The notes below the pieces were generated by a model that worked only from the letters and a program-made list of their open reading frames with translations, ran no database searches and was not told the origin of the DNA. From NCBI RefSeq assembly GCF_036365525.1, contig NC_090382.1:27128219-27192218 (forward strand): a stretch of 64,000 bases of DNA. The letters are read 5' to 3'. This stretch comes from Heterodontus francisci (lineage: Eukaryota). Of this stretch, positions 63,638 to 64,000 are shown in pieces (position 1 is the first letter of the stretch; each line of letters begins with the position of its first letter). Made by a program: the position numbers and the translations under genes.

Positions 63638-64000
63638 ACATCGAGATGAGTTTCAGATGGCAACTGGGACTGATGAGGAAGCTGGACCAGAGACTCCAGA
63701 GTTTCTGACAGCAGGCTAACAGCTTGCAGTCCAGAGGCACAGATGATGGCTCCTGAAAGTTAGCTGCTACCCTCAAGTCCGGGGATGAGTTCCTGAGATG
63801 GCAGGCAGAGCCACGCATCAGAGGAGACCACCCAAGAGATAGGAGGATTTTATCTCTTGTGCATGTATTAATTTGCATAAATAATGAGCATGTTTGCAGT
63901 CTGATAAGGGAGGGAGTCATGATGATAACTGAGTGTTATGTGGACTTGCATATTGGATACAAGACAGTACTCACATATTAGACACAATACAGTACATGCT

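Larger units (their letters stand above)
53115..64000 (+). mobile_element. Gypsy LTR retrotransposon C (5' LTR 53115-about 54091; 3' LTR starts about 63916 and runs off the window)
   Basis: LTR starts match at 74/85 nt; PBS TGGTGACGAGG 54093-54103; gag zinc knuckles CFKCGHLGH and CRNCGGKDH; protease IVDSGS; RT SKLDLKWGHHQL; pol C-terminal RRPPKR at 63822; PPT AAGGGAGGGA. Confidence 0.9.

Overview
Vertebrate genomic DNA, almost certainly an elasmobranch (shark), judged from HE1-type V-SINEs, Deu-domain SINEs and HER1/CR1 LINEs. The only intact host gene is a two-exon FOXI1 orthologue on the minus strand (CDS 41631-41067 + 40253-39730, 362 aa). The rest is mostly a deeply nested set of decayed transposable elements: three Ty3/Gypsy elements, a SCAN-domain Gmr1-like element, several related solo LTRs, CR1, L2 and RTE LINEs, Penelope-like fragments, Harbinger-like and hAT-like MITEs, and SINEs. 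The most notable non-gene signals are a minimal hammerhead ribozyme motif in a Penelope 3' end, a MITE family carrying a CCAAT/short-exon/splice-donor cassette (one copy in the 5' LTR of each of two Gypsy elements), a SINE apparently built from the 5' leader and 3' tail of a resident LINE, an exact-period 35-bp satellite block inside a CR1 RT, a micro-inversion in gag, and a strong CTCF site upstream of foxi1. All calls were made by eye; family names come from recognition, not database searches, and boundaries without a stated TSD are approximate.
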